NCBI GenBank assembly: GCA_964016885.1 | Contig: OZ024743.1 | Location: 79,980,001 to 80,044,000 of the forward strand | Length of the DNA: 64,000 nucleotides | Source of the DNA: Eledone cirrhosa | Lineage: Eukaryota | Direction: 5' to 3' | Shown here: piece after piece, positions 10,512 to 25,917 of the stretch | Layout of the letters: the number at the start of each line of letters is the position of its first letter | Numbering within the stretch: the stretch's first letter is position 1 | Program-made: the position numbers and the translations under genes | Notes under the pieces: generated by a model | Databases searched by the model: none | What the model was told of the DNA's origin: nothing | What the model saw: the letters and a program-made list of their open reading frames with translations, nothing else

Positions 10512-11388
10512 AGAATTAGTATATCTACCAACATATGTATACAGATGCATACCTATGCTAGCAAATATATATGTTTTGTCTTAGTAACTTTGTGGTTCTA
10601 TGCAAGGGGATGCAGAATAATTATATGAAAGACGTACATGAGAAAGTTATGAAAATTGACTTACCAAAATTTCACTCCAACTAATTAGTTTCTGTAAGGG
10701 GATATATATGGTTACGGAGCGTATCCACAGAGAAACCTTACGTCATCAGGGAGTCTATTCTCAGCTAAGCTTCCAGGCAATGTGAGGACACTGGGAACTT
10801 ATATAAAAATAATTCAGTGGATGGAAAAAAGCGAGCGGGGACTAGATTCCAAGACATTGAAAAATTCACTGCCTACTTGGTCACGTGGCAAATCAAAAGA
10901 ATCAATCACGTGATACCGAGGTTAATCAGTGAGGAGTGGGGTGCTATTAAGACAGGGCCTAGCCACTACTATTAATCATAGTAGTAATTTCGGCAAGTTT
11001 TGCTCAACAAATAATTTGGAGATAATTATAAAGAATTAGTATATCTACCAACATATGTATACAGATGCATACCTATGCTAGCAAATATAATTCTCAGTGT
11101 CACGTGATTGATTCTTTTGAATTTGCCACTTGACCAAGTAGGCAGTGAATTTTTCAATGTCTTGGAATCTAGTCCCCGCTCTCTTTTTTCCATCCACTGA
11201 ATTATTTTTATATAAGTTCCCACTGTCCTCGCATTGTCTGGAAGCTTAGCTGAGAATAGACTCCCCGATGACGTAAGGTTCCTCTGTGTATACGCTCCGT
11301 AACCATATTTATCCCCTTACAGAAACTAATTAGTTGGAGTGAAATTTTAGTAAGTCAATTTTCATAACTTTCTTATTTACGTCTTTCA

Positions 11389-11392
<4 letters not shown>
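10506..11392. mobile_element. PLE-derived inverted pLTR pair (arms about 10623-10913 and 11100-11392) in (TA)n, each arm with a hammerhead
   Basis: Arms of about 290 bp are reverse complements; additional ~65-bp direct repeat at 10506 and 11026. Confidence 0.8.
10674..10754 (-). ncRNA. Type I hammerhead with long stem II (second copy 11260-11340 on +, core mutated to CCGATGA)
   Basis: ACTCC-CTGATGA-c-GTAAGG...CCTTAC-a-GAAA-CTAATTAG-TT-GGAGT. Confidence 0.7.
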
Positions 11393-11456
<64 letters not shown>

Positions 11457-11459
11457 TTG

Positions 11460-12515
11460 GAGTATTAGGATGAATAGGTTTTTGAAAGTCGTTATAATTT
11501 ATGTGAGAACAGGTAGAGAAATTAAGTTTTAGTTTGGTATTTTTAGATGTAGGATTTTCATTTGGTGTTTGCTGGTAATATTCGGTTGTACGTTTGAAGT
11601 ATTATTGGTGCAAGGTATATAGACTAATTTGTTTTTGTAGCCCCTTCTATCTAAAGCTTCGTTATAAAAGGGCGCGTTTTTATCGAATACATCCTGGTTA
11701 GATGAAAGGTTAGAGATTCTGAGTGAGATGTTATATGCTAGGTTTTTAAGGATAGATATAGGGTGATTGGATTGTGAGTGTATGTAATGTAAGTTTTGGT
11801 TAGGTTTATGGTAAGGTTGGTAGATACCCGTAGATAGGTCTAAAGTTATATCTAGGAAATTGACTATTTTACTGGTGTTTTCAAATGTAATAGTGAGATT
11901 GTAACAGTCTTTGAGGAAAGTTCCAATAAGTTTTTTTTATTATTTTTTTAAAATCTTTTTCTATTTCTGATAGGCTAAGATTAGTGGAAAGAAGAAGACA
12001 GTCATCATGATATAAACCACCTTTAAGGTGGGGAAAAGATGAATTAATGTTAAATAGAAGAAAGAGGCCCACAAGATCGGTAATTTGGGCGGAATCACTA
12101 GAGCCCATAGTTATGTCGAAGAGATTACTATATGTATTTCTGGTCCAGTATTCCTTCTGAAATTCCAGTAGTGTTTGTCTACCGTGCGTGATAATATTAA
12201 TGTCATCCATAGTTAAGTTTGATCTATTTTTGGCAAATATCAAGGCTTTGTTCAGGAGTATGGGTGATATAGAGGAATAATGAGCATCTATATCAAATTG
12301 TAGAAATGAAGCAGATGATTTATTTCTAATATTAGTAAACCAGTTAATTACTTGGGATGTATTTTCCTAGAGTGGTAAGCTAACGTGTTTTCTTAACTGT
12401 GGGATGATTGTATCTAAAAAATGTTTATTAATGATGTCAATATCTGACTTGGAAGGGCGTATAAGTCTTACAGAAGGATTAGAGTTAAAGTTAGATTTGT
12501 GATCTTTCTGGTTAA
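11460..12515 (-). pseudogene. Penelope-like element reverse transcriptase (decayed)
   Basis: KDHKSNF..PSVRLIRPSKS..VINWF..FLQFDIDAHYSSI..ITMGSSDSAQITDLVG..GLYHDDCL..VNFLDITLDL..YIHSQSNHP; contains stops and frameshifts. Confidence 0.9.
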
Positions 12516-12519
12516 AGTG

Positions 12520-13170
12520 TGGTTTTTTCAGTGCCAAAGGTTCAGTTCTAGTAAATATTTTATTTCTTACAACTTAAATAATAATTCACAACCAGTTGAT
12601 ATGATTAGCAATATTGTACCTAATAATACTAGTAACCACTCTCATATAATATCTAGGACATATAGGAGTATTAATAGCAATTGTAGCACTCATATATCTA
12701 ACTCTAATGACTCTTCACACCTTTATCCTCAAAACCGCTTAATCAATAACCATAACTGTAATTGTAGACCTAATAATGTATGCCCTCTTAATGGAAACTG
12801 CCTTGTTAAAAATATTATTTATTCCTGTACTGTCACAACTACCAATTCCAAAACCTATATCGGTTCTACATCGAATAGTTTTAAGACTAGGTATAATTCC
12901 CATCTTCATACCTTTAAGAACTCTAAGCTTAAACATGCAACCTCTTTATCTGATTTCATATCATTTCTGAAGAGTAATAATACACCTTACACCCTAACCT
13001 GGAATGTGATCGCAAAAGCTGCTTTGTATAAACCCCCAATAACCTTTGCATTCTTGAATCCCATACTTCTATTTATTCTAAACTAAATTTATTAAATAGG
13101 AAATCTGAAATGTTTTCCACTTGTCAACATATCAATCACCATTCCTTTTACTATTTTAAACCTAGTAACT
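12520..13170 (+). pseudogene. Penelope-like GIY-YIG endonuclease with Cys-rich linker (decayed); AT-rich 3'UTR continues to about 15200
   Basis: CNCRPNNVCPLNGNCLVKNIIYSC..TYIGSTSNSFKTRYNSH..LTWNVI, then LLNRKSEMFSTCQH in another frame. Confidence 0.88.
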
Positions 13171-13759
13171 AACTTATGCCAATGTAGATATTTCTATATA
13201 TATATTTAGTAATATTAGTATCATTACATACTTATAACATCCCTATTCGGATCCCTTCAATTTTGATTACAATTTATTATAACCACCCCATCACATTTAG
13301 GCATCTAATTATTTTATTATATTATTGTCTTATTTTACTATACTATGTTTAATAAGCGCCACCTTTATCTGAATGTATTTTTACTAATATTATATTATAT
13401 ATTAGCCATTGCCTCAATCTCAATTTTTTCAGTAGTATACCTTCAATACTTATATAATCTATTGAATATTTAATTAATTAGTATACATTTTTACCTTTAG
13501 ATAATTTCAAAAAACTTTTTTATTCTTTTTTATCATTCGATATTATTTAGAATATGTATATATATTTTTTTAAATAATATACACTGATAAATTATTTTAT
13601 TTCTATTTTGTAATATATTATTATTATTAAATAATTTTTAAAACAATTCTTTAGTTCTATAATCATTAGCCCTAATCATTTCTTTGTGTTATTACACCTT
13701 GACTTACACAATAAATATTTATTTTCCATATAATAATTTGTAACTCTCCTATAAATAAT

Positions 13760-13944
13760 TGTTTCTACTTTTGGCACAAGGCCAGCAATTACCCCAGTGC
13801 ATCACTGGTACTTTATTTTATCGACCCTGTAAGGATGAAAGGCAAAGTTAACCTCGGTGGGATTTGAACTCATATCATAAAGGGCTGTAACTCTTTGCTG
13901 CAAAGCATGGTGTCAGACCCTCTACCGATACTGCCAATCAAATT
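13760..13944 (-). mobile_element. tRNA-derived SINE family A, full length, with TSD
   Basis: A/B boxes on the minus strand; 13-bp TSD TCCTATAAATAAT at 13747 and 13945. Confidence 0.9.
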
Positions 13945-14186
13945 TCCTATAAATAATATTTATGAATTACCTACCTTTTATTCTTAATTTTCTATCAACC
14001 GTTAACTGATTATATTTTTCAAACTCTGTTAAGATAGATTTATTTATGCTTAGTATATAAGACCTTCTTCCTCCTATTCAAATATGTGATGCTTTTTTCT
14101 GGTGATAGCACTTATTCTATATTAGATTTTACTTTGCTGATTATATTTACTCAACATTAATTTATTTGAATGGTTTGATTAATAAT

Positions 14187-14372
14187 TGTTTCTACTTTTG
14201 GCACAAGGCCAGCAATTACCCAGTACATTACTGGTACTTTATTTTATCGACCCCGTAAGGATGAAAGGCAAAGTTAACCTTGGCGGGATTTGAACTCAGA
14301 CCATAAAGGGCCGTAACCCTTTGCTGCAAAGCATGGCGTGCGACTCTCTACTGATACTACCAATCCACCGCT
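14187..14372 (-). mobile_element. tRNA-derived SINE family A, full length; the TSD also encloses 14373-14560
   Basis: Family match; 18-bp direct repeat AATGGTTTGATTAATAAT at 14169 and 14561. Confidence 0.85.
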
Positions 14373-15068
14373 TACAATCGTTTCATCCAAGAACAAGGTC
14401 GAATTCATCGAAGTATATAGTGAAGGTTAAAAAAAATAAGTTTGTCACAGAACATTTTGAGGATACATAATATGGGAAGTAAGCATAAGTATTAACATTT
14501 ATATAAGAGAAGATAGCAAAAGTAGAAGAAGCATATGAAAAATATGAGCATATAAATGCAAATGGTTTGATTAATAATAATAACAATTTAACCTACATTT
14601 GATGTTTATTTTGCTGACTTCACTCAGCCGACATTATTACCTTTGAAACATATATGACTGAAAGACGCAGTCGAACTTTTTATTGAAATATATTTTGGAG
14701 ATGTATTTTTATATTGGATCTACACACCTGCTCTTATTAGCTTTATAAACTTTTGTAATTCTTATGATATATGTTTATTTACTAATTATGATATATGTCC
14801 TGCACTATACTTAACCTTTCTATAGCAGCATGTTTCTCTACCCCAGCATGTTTTTACAATTTTTAATCCTTTTAGCAGCTCCTAATTTTATTTTTTGCAT
14901 TTATATGCTCATATTTTTCATATGCTTCTTCTACCTTTGCTATCTTCTCTTATATAAATGTTAATACTTATGCATACTTCCCATATTATGTATCCTCAAA
15001 ATGTTCTGTGACAAACTTATTTGTGTTTTACTATATACTTCCGGCCTTGTTCTTGGATGAAACGATTG
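14373..15068. repeat. Inverted repeat (14373-14560 versus 14895-15068) of the PLE 3' end with degenerate hammerheads
   Basis: Reverse-complement match; the minus copy reads TACTT-CGATGA-ATTCGA..TTGGAT-GAAA-CGATTG-TA. Confidence 0.75.
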
Positions 15069-15197
15069 AAAGTAATTAAATGTTATAAAACACTCTTTGA
15101 TTGCTGCTTATAAAGTATTTTGGCTCTGTAATATACTTGTTATATTACATTGAGCTATTCTCATACTTATAACTGGATAATATTTAATATTACCCGC

Positions 15198-15298
<101 letters not shown>

Positions 15299-15669
15299 GT
15301 GTATGAAATATAAATTTTGTAAACAGTTCCTGAGATTGAAATAACTATCATTTTGTAAGAGTGAGTAATGTCAAATGAATATACATTCTATATTAAACGA
15401 CATAGAATACTCATTCCAATCGACTTTCCTTTCCTCCTGTATTAAGTAAAAAATAAGAACCTCTCCCCTACACAAACACATGCGTATATATATATATATG
15501 TACATATATGCATGCACACACACACATACCCAGCGACACACAGACAGACATACAGACAGGGAGACAAATATATACACATACATATATATATATATAATCA
15601 TTTGAGAACTCACGAACATGGAAATATATATGTAACCGTTGATGTCTCTGTAAAGTCGCTTATATATAT

Positions 15670-15739
<70 letters not shown>

Positions 15740-16774
15740 ATATATAAATGCATGTATGTGATGTATATATGTATTAATGTATATATGTATGAATGTATAC
15801 ATACCTTTATGTTATGACATAAATTATCTAGTTTTGTGCAATTATTATACATTGTTCCTTCATATTCTTGGTGAAACAAACCACCGTAAAATCTGTTATC
15901 CAGTTTGATGTGCAGCCGTTCAGATTCTCTAACGGTGCGTTAGATTAATTTTATTTAATATCATTATTTCTACTCTGTTAAGTTTCGGCAAACTATTTTT
16001 TTGTTTTTTGTTTTTAGTAAACTTTAAATATTTATGTGTTTTTTTTTTCTTCAGATTTTTTAAAATATTTCTGTTGTTTTTCTTTGTGTACTTGCCGAAA
16101 TATAGTATCAAACAATGGTCACTTCTAATGGCTGTTAGGAAAGGATAGTTAGATCGGTTAAATGGAATTATATTTCTATTGGTCTTTCAGTCTTTCAGTC
16201 CGGTCGCATTTCCTGGCAGATGACAAAAGATGCGATTTGAACGCATAATATATATAGCCAGATCAGATACCAGTAATACCTCCGTCCAACTGTTTGCCAG
16301 TTCAGCACCACTACTGGGCATGAAATTTAATTATCTATAAGAAATGGATAAATATCAAAGTTGACCTCCGTGGGGATTTGAACACAGGGTGCAGAGAGTC
16401 GGCGCAAATGTCGAGGCATTTAATCCCACGTCCATACCAATTTGCCGCCCTTATCAGGACTAATTAATATTAATCAATATTCAATTTGGTTATTTCTATA
16501 GTTCGTTGACATTTTGATTTCTTATTAATAGGGAGTTCTGCTTCTGATTCGGTGTATTTATATCTTAGTAGTTTTACTGAATAATTAGTTAGTGTCTTTT
16601 CAATGTTAATTATTTCTTAATTGGTTGAAATTTCATTTTGTGTACTTGCAGGAAATATTCCGTAATCAGCCTTATTTATGTCTTTCGTTAATTTTAATTA
16701 TTTTCTAATTATCAATAATATATTAATTAATATTTAACCAAAATTACTATCTAATTTAGTTCTGTGGAATTTAA

Positions 16775-16990
16775 AAAGCTGCGTGGTGAAGGACTTTCCT
16801 TCGCAATCATTTAGGTTGAAGCCCAGTCTCATTGTGGAGCCTTTTGGGCGAGTGTTCCCCTCTATAACCACGGGTTGACCTATACCTTGTGATTGAAATT
16901 TCGTAGTCGAAAATTGCAAAATTCCACTGTATATAGGTTACGCACACACAAACACACAAACACACAGACACACGCACACACACACACACA

Positions 16991-17078
<88 letters not shown>

Positions 17079-17325
17079 AGTGTGTGTGTGTGTGGGGGGG
17101 GGTATGTGTGTGGGGGGGGGGGAGTATGTGTGTTTATGTTTATATGTCTACATTTTCTGTTTCTGTAGGTCCCTTAACTGATAGATTTGACAAATAAAGA
17201 ACCATTTAATAATGACCAGACTTGCTAAGACACACACTTGTGACGATATGATTGACAATGTCCTTTAAATGTGGTGTCCCAGAGCGGCCACCATCAAATA
17301 ACTAAAGTCAGTAAAAAAACAAAGG
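16775..17325 (+). mobile_element. Old tRNA/CORE-like SINE with an internal (CA)n/(TG)n expansion
   Basis: Degenerate head GCTGCGTGGTGAAG..., CORE-like CCTTTTGGGCGAGTGTT; tail after the microsatellite. Confidence 0.45.
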
Positions 17326-18220
17326 AATAGATGAACTGCTGTTAGATCTTCTAATTCTTTCGAATTATATCCACGATGAGACTTCACTGATAAAGCCTTG
17401 ATCTCGTCGTTGTTTATGTCGTGATCGAGAACATTAACTCGGCAAGTTGGTTTTGTTGTTTAATACCAGATAAGCTGGGATCAAGACATAACAGCAAAAA
17501 CAATCCTGTCGTGACCAGCCCGTTTATTTCGTAGATGTATTTTAGCTGAGGATCTCCTTATCAGACGTATCTTTTTTTTCTAAGACGGTAGAATATGAAA
17601 TGAAATAGACTTGGTGTCTCTTTTCAGCTGGATGAGCTAACATGTAGTTAGGATTGTCTAAAAAAAATAGCTTAAATTCTGAAACAAAACCAGAGACTTG
17701 TCAGTGGGAAGAGGGTAACTTGCTACTACGGTGGATGCTTAATGAGACAGAATTAATTGGGAGACGAGACTAATGAGAAACGTGTCTCTTGGCAGAAAGT
17801 AAATCACTACAAAACCAATGTCCAATGAAACAGTATTAATTTAGAGAAGAACCCTGTGACTCTTTAGTGTGCTAAATGTAAATTAGCTCTACACTTTTGT
17901 CTAATAGCATTAATTGAGAGACGACGAAATACTGGTCACCGAAGAAAGAGTTAACTTACCACTTCACAACAGTCCTCGACACTTTTATCAGATATTCAAT
18001 TTTTGTATCCTTTAATTTTTAAAGTAAAAGTGACATTTCAAAACCTCGACTCAGAATTATCGAAATATTATCTAATGAATCATGAAAAATATTAATTATT
18101 TATAGAAATTCCCATTTCTGATGAAATAATAATGATAATACTAATGCCTATAACATCATTACATCTAATAATAATAATAATAATAATAATAGCAGCAGTA
18201 GTAGTAGTAGTAGTAGTAGC

Positions 18221-18269
<49 letters not shown>

Positions 18270-18283
18270 TAAGTAGTAGTAGC

Positions 18284-18338
<55 letters not shown>

Positions 18339-19027
18339 ACAACAACAACAACAGCAGTAATGTTGAAACGTAATGCTAAATCATTTATTAAAAGTTACTC
18401 AGCTTCGAAATTCATCATAGCCGAGTTGCATTTAGTTTTCGCTACAAAAATAGTTTTCTAATACTAATAAATGACTGGTGGGCTATAAATTGTCATAAAA
18501 TAGAATCCATCAGATATTTTTGACTTGATATATTGAAATGTAGTTTCCATGTTTGAGGAAAAAGCGAAGTGTCCATTTTGGAAATAAAGAGTAATTAATA
18601 ATCAGCCATTTATTCTAAAATATACAAATATATCAGTAAAAATAATGCCAGATACGACAGCGGTCTTATTTTAACATTAATTTTCATTTATATTTAATCA
18701 TCTTCAGAAAAAAGAAGTACTTATATAGTAGAAACGAGCCAGTAAATACAGCTTAGCAAATTTTGAACTCCTAATTCTCATTCGTAAAATAAAAAATGTT
18801 TGAAGGTTTTCGCGCGAAGATTATAAATAAATGATGTGCAAACATCATACGTGATATGTGGTTACATACACACACACACATAGACACACACACACACACA
18901 TATATATAGATATAGATATAGTGTATATATATATGCATGTAACCATATATAGATATATACATATGGATATATATGCATGCATATTTATATATACATATAT
19001 ATATATATATATATACATATATATATG

Positions 19028-19102
<75 letters not shown>

Positions 19103-19140
19103 AAATGTGGAGAGGAAGCACACGAGTTAGGATATATATA

Positions 19141-19572
<432 letters not shown>

Positions 19573-19639
19573 CATATATATATACATATGCATATACGCA
19601 TATATACAATATATATATATACACACATATATATATATA

Positions 19640-20230
19640 TGTCAGGTCACCAGTTGGTGCTACTGGTAACATGTATCCCAGTACAACCTGTCCCATGGTC
19701 GGGTCGTTGGCGGCTAAACTGGCAACCCCACGAAGGTTTCTTGGTGAGGATGGTGATTGTGTACATCCTGCAGGACTAAAAACAAATCCTGTCAAAGGGC
19801 AAATGAGCTCTTAAGAGTCAATGGCCATCCAAAATCACCGGGAGAGATGACCCCTTAGCCTTTGTCAAGGCAGAATTCTAGGAGAAGGAAAACTCTGATA
19901 TAACACCTACAACCCTGATGGTATCCAATGATGTTGACTTGTTCTTCTTTTTGGTAAATATCATATTGGTTAAGAGAGTGGGACTGGCTTTATGCAGTGC
20001 CTTTGCTCACTATAAAAGCTTCACGGTACAGGCATTGCTTTATATCTGGAGATCTCTCTGCACTTGTCGTCACATGGTACCATGGGCCTAGCACTATGTG
20101 TCAATAATTGTCACAGGTGTAGTGTTTGTACCAGAGTTTTCAAGTCGCTGGCTGGACTAAAAGGTCACACTCGTTCAACGCATCGGTAGGGGTTCTCCTA
20201 CATGGATATAAATTAGTGGCCGTACTGGAA
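19640..20230 (+). mobile_element. RTE-type LINE 5'UTR fragment (homologue at 37765-38410)
   Basis: CTAGGAGAAGGAAAACTCTGA motif recalled from RTE 5'UTRs; long similarity to 37765-38410. Confidence 0.55.
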
Positions 20231-21214
20231 AACGAGTTGGCAGCCACCATATATATATATGTATATATATACATATATACATATATATATTTATTCATAT
20301 ATGCATACATACATACACACACACATATATATATATATGCGCATATTTGTGTATGTGTGTTGGTAATAAGGGTCGGTGAAGCCGTGTGGCTTAGTGGTTA
20401 GGGTTTTCGGCTCACAATATTACGTTCAATGCTCTATGATACGTTGTATACCTGACTTCTCCGTTGCTCCACTCATCAGGTATAGATTATACTTTCAACA
20501 TTTACCATAGAAAACTTTACATGTAACATATTGTTGCCTCTTATCTGGAAGGGATGTAAATTATGGTTGCCTCTCATGTGTGGAAACTTCTATTATAGCA
20601 ATTTAGTTCTATTCAATATAATTCTTAGCCAGCATAGTACTTTGGAAGGGAAAATATTTTATTTATTAGAAATAAGTAGTTAAATCCCTTAGGTATATAA
20701 CTAATAATCTAAAGGTAAGTAAATATATTTAAAAATTATATGACTGGATATATTTTGAATTTAACTCTATTTAAAAATAAAGATATGAAGAGTTTTTAGT
20801 TTATATCTCTTGTGTGGCATATGAGGAACTGGAAATAAAGTGGTTGGAGTTCAAAATCCCATTGGCATATACCTAATATTCTGAAAGTAAGGAAATATTT
20901 TAAACGGTTTTAAAAATTCATATGTATGAAATTACATTTGATTTTAACTATGTTTAAAAATAAAGATGTTAAAATTTGAGTGTTTTTATGGTATATAAGC
21001 AGGTGGAGTCAGGAGATTTAAAGTTGGAGTGTTAGTGGTCGGGATAAGTCTATGTTTATTAATAATTATTAGGTAAATATATTAAACTTCATGTGAATGA
21101 CAGATTAATGTTAACTATATTTAAAAAAAATAAAGACGTTTAGAGTTCAAGTTTATTAAGGTTCTCATATGTTATAGGAGCAGTTCAAATTAGATTGGTA
21201 AAGTTAGAGAAATA

Positions 21215-21505
21215 TATATATATTTATTTATCTCCCTAAGGTGTGACTGTTTAACAGAATTCGTAATATAATCGGCTTGTCACCCCACAGCCCCGGCGGA
21301 GAGAATAGAGAAGGCGTTTCCCCGGAGGATGGCAAGGGAGATGCGTTGCAAAAGCGACTCCAAATCGCGGGGCTTACACCTAAGGCTGGCCAGCTCAGCG
21401 CCTATGGGGGTGAGTAGGGATGTAGCCCTAGGGCCGAGGACACCAGAAGTCTCCATTGCCAAGGGTACAACCGCAAACCTGTCGTAGAGCGACCGGTATT
21501 TGAAG
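21215..21505 (-). mobile_element. CRE-like LINE 3' fragment (restriction-like endonuclease C-terminus); inverted partial copy at 21760-21880
   Basis: KYRSLYDRFAVVPLAMETSGVLGP...QRISLAILRGNAFSIL. Confidence 0.75.
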
Positions 21506-22194
21506 AGTTAATTAAGAAATAGAGAAATAATTAAGTGGGGGTGTATTTAGAAGACTTATATTTTCTGTCATGTATTTAGTCAAATGTTGTATTTCGTAGG
21601 GTAAAAGGATTTGAAAGGGTACTTCTGAAACAGTTCCGAAATCTCAGTAAATATAAAGATCTGACAATTGAAATTGAGAAAATGTTGCAACTTAAGGCCT
21701 ATACAATACCAATGTTATTCAACGAACTTGGAATAATAAAAAAAAAAACGATGAATATTGGACTAGATATCAGGTGTGAGCCCCGGGAGTTGGAATGGAT
21801 TTTCCAGCGCGCCTCTCTTGCCGTCCTCCGGGGAAACGCCTTCTCTATTCTGTCCGCCGGAGCTGTGGGGAGGCCACCAATATGATTGACTGACTTGTCA
21901 TTTCATCATCAGATGTTTTTAGATCATCTCCTATATTGACCTGGAAAACCATTTCTGCAACAGATACAGAAAATAGTGCTGAATGGCACTGACCATGTTC
22001 TGAGAAGGGCAACATTATCAATTTAAAAACCTTGTAAAGATATTTACTGTTTTGTTCATGTCCATGTGGTAACATTCGTGAGTCAATTGTTAAATATGTG
22101 TCTCATCATCAAATTTCACTTTAGGTTTCAGGTTGACACTCGCCAACCTATGAGAACAAAAGCAGAATTCAAAGAAGTTTCATATAATAATAAT

Positions 22195-22400
22195 TGTTTC
22201 TATATTTGACACAAGGCCAGCAATTACCCAGTGCATTACTGGTACTTTATTTTATCGACCCTGTAAGGATGAAAGGCAAAGTTAACGATGAAAGGCAAAG
22301 TTAACCTCGGCAGGATTTGAACTCAGAATGGCAAGGGACGTAACTCTACGCTGCAAAGCATGGTGGCCGACCCACCACAGATACTGCCAACCCCCGCGCT
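22195..22400 (-). mobile_element. tRNA-derived SINE family A with TSD and an internal 19-bp duplication
   Basis: TSD AGTTTCATATAATAATAAT at 22176 and 22401. Confidence 0.9.
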
Positions 22401-22686
22401 AGTTTCATATAATAATAATAATAATGGTTTCTGATTTAGGCACAAGAGCAACACTTTGGGGGGATGGGAAAGTCGATTAAATCGACCCCAGTGAATTACT
22501 GTTGCTTTATTTATCTGGGGTCGATTTAATCGACTTTCCCCTTCCAAAATATGGTTTTGACAATGACATCTAAAAGATTCTTTCATCTTATAGTTTCTTT
22601 CCGATTGTATTTTTGATTTTCATCATCATCATCATCATCATCATTGGCCTTTATATCATTACCACAACCTTATCGTATGACGTCCC

Positions 22687-22761
<75 letters not shown>

Positions 22762-23189
22762 TCCTCCCTATACACTGATACACTATGTATTGACACAATC
22801 CCTCATCTTCCCCCTTATTGACCCCCAGCAAGAGAGATTCATAACCAAACAATATTTAAAAAAAAACTGAATACACAATAATGTTATATCTTAAATAGCT
22901 TCTCACCTGCCTCCCTACTCACCTGTCTCTCTATATATCTAACTACCTGTCAATTTACCTATTTAACCACTACATACCTAGCTATTGAATATAGCTCTAT
23001 ATCTACCCAGCATTTACCTACCTACCTAGCCACCAAGACTCTTATCTATCCACCTACCTAGCTATCTGGAGACTTTCCTGCCGCTTTATTTACTTTGCAA
23101 TCGAACTACCTATCTACCTACCAAGTAATGTACCTAGCCTCTTTCCTACCTACTTATCTGTTTACCTAGGTAGTGATGCTGCTGCTATC

Positions 23190-23629
23190 TCTAGCTACCT
23201 CCACTAACACCAACAATATCACCACAATCCCCAACACTAACCCCATCACCCCCAACACCAACATCACTACCACCACTACCACCACCGTACACTAACACCA
23301 CCACCACCACCGCAAGCAGAACCACCACCACCAGCACCACCAGCACCACCTCCATCAACATCATCATCATCACCATCATCACCATCATCATCACCATCAT
23401 CATCACTATCACGATCTTCATCACCATCACCATCATCTCCATCATCATCGTCATCATCACCATCACCACCATCACCATCATCATCATCACCATCATCATC
23501 AACATCACCACCATCAACATCATCATCATCACCATCACCATCATCACCATCATCACCATCACCACCAACATCACCATCATCACCATCTTCATCACCATCA
23601 CCATCATCATCGTCATCATCATCATCATC

Positions 23630-23687
<58 letters not shown>

Positions 23688-23800
23688 CCAGCATCACCAG
23701 CATCATCACCATCATCACCATCACCATCACCATCATCACCATCTTCATCACCATCACCATCATCACCATCATCATCGTCATCATCATCACCATCACCACT
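23190..23800. repeat. Compound (CAT/CAC)n trinucleotide microsatellite
   Basis: Direct reading. Confidence 0.95.
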
Positions 23801-24489
23801 ATTATTATTGTTGTTTATTGCCTGTTATTACCGAGCGCTGTCCTGTGTGACCTGGGCCGCTGCAGTCAGGTTTTTGGTGTTGTTATTTCTAGTGTGTTGA
23901 TAGAACTCTTTGTAAAATATATGAAGTGCATAATATTATTATTCAAATCCTGCCGAGATTAACTTTGCCTTTCATCCCTACGGGATCGATAAAATAAAGT
24001 ACCAGATAGGTAGTTCGATTGCAAAGTAAATAAAGCGGCAGGAAAGTCTCCAGATAGCTAGGTAGGTGGATAGATAAGAGTCTTGGTGGCTAGGTAGGTA
24101 GGTAAATGCTGGGTAGATATAGAGCTATATTCAATAGCTAGGTATGTAGTGGTTAAATAGGTAAATTGACAGGTAGTTAGATATATAGAGAGACAGGTGA
24201 GTAGGGAGGCAGGTGAGAAGCTATTTAAGATATAACATTATTGTGTATTCAGTTTTAAAAAAAATATAGTTTGGTTATGAATCTCTCTTGCTGGGGGTCA
24301 ATAAGGGGGAAGATGAGGGATTGTATCAATACATAGTGTATCAGTGTATAGAGAGGAGTGTATATATATATATATAGAGAGAGGGAAAAGTTCGAGGCCC
24401 CGACAGCAGAGCTCAAGCCGTTTCGGCGCGGTTATTTCTGGACGGCTATTGCAGTCCAGAAATATATAGTGATATATTTATATATATAC

Positions 24490-24522
<33 letters not shown>

Positions 24523-24584
24523 ATATATATATATGTGTGTATATATATATATATATATCACTTTATATATATATTTATATACTG

Positions 24585-24684
<100 letters not shown>

Positions 24685-24811
24685 TTTATATATATATTTA
24701 TATACTGTATATATACATATATATATGTATATATATATATATATATATACATATATATACATACATATATATATATTTATATATATATATATATATACAT
24801 ACATATATATA

Positions 24812-25603
<792 letters not shown>

Positions 25604-25699
25604 ATACTTTGGGAGGGTCATGACCCTCCCAAAGTATAACAATATCGGTTTCAACACACGATTTCAGATAAAGAATCTTGCTAAACAAATTCAGAAACG

Positions 25700-25774
<75 letters not shown>

Positions 25775-25787
25775 TATATATATAACC

Positions 25788-25917
<130 letters not shown>

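Noticed and set aside
20700-21210. Functional element in three degenerate ~180-bp AT-rich repeats
   Set aside because: Only an old, low-identity tandem triplication is visible, with no motif or ORF.
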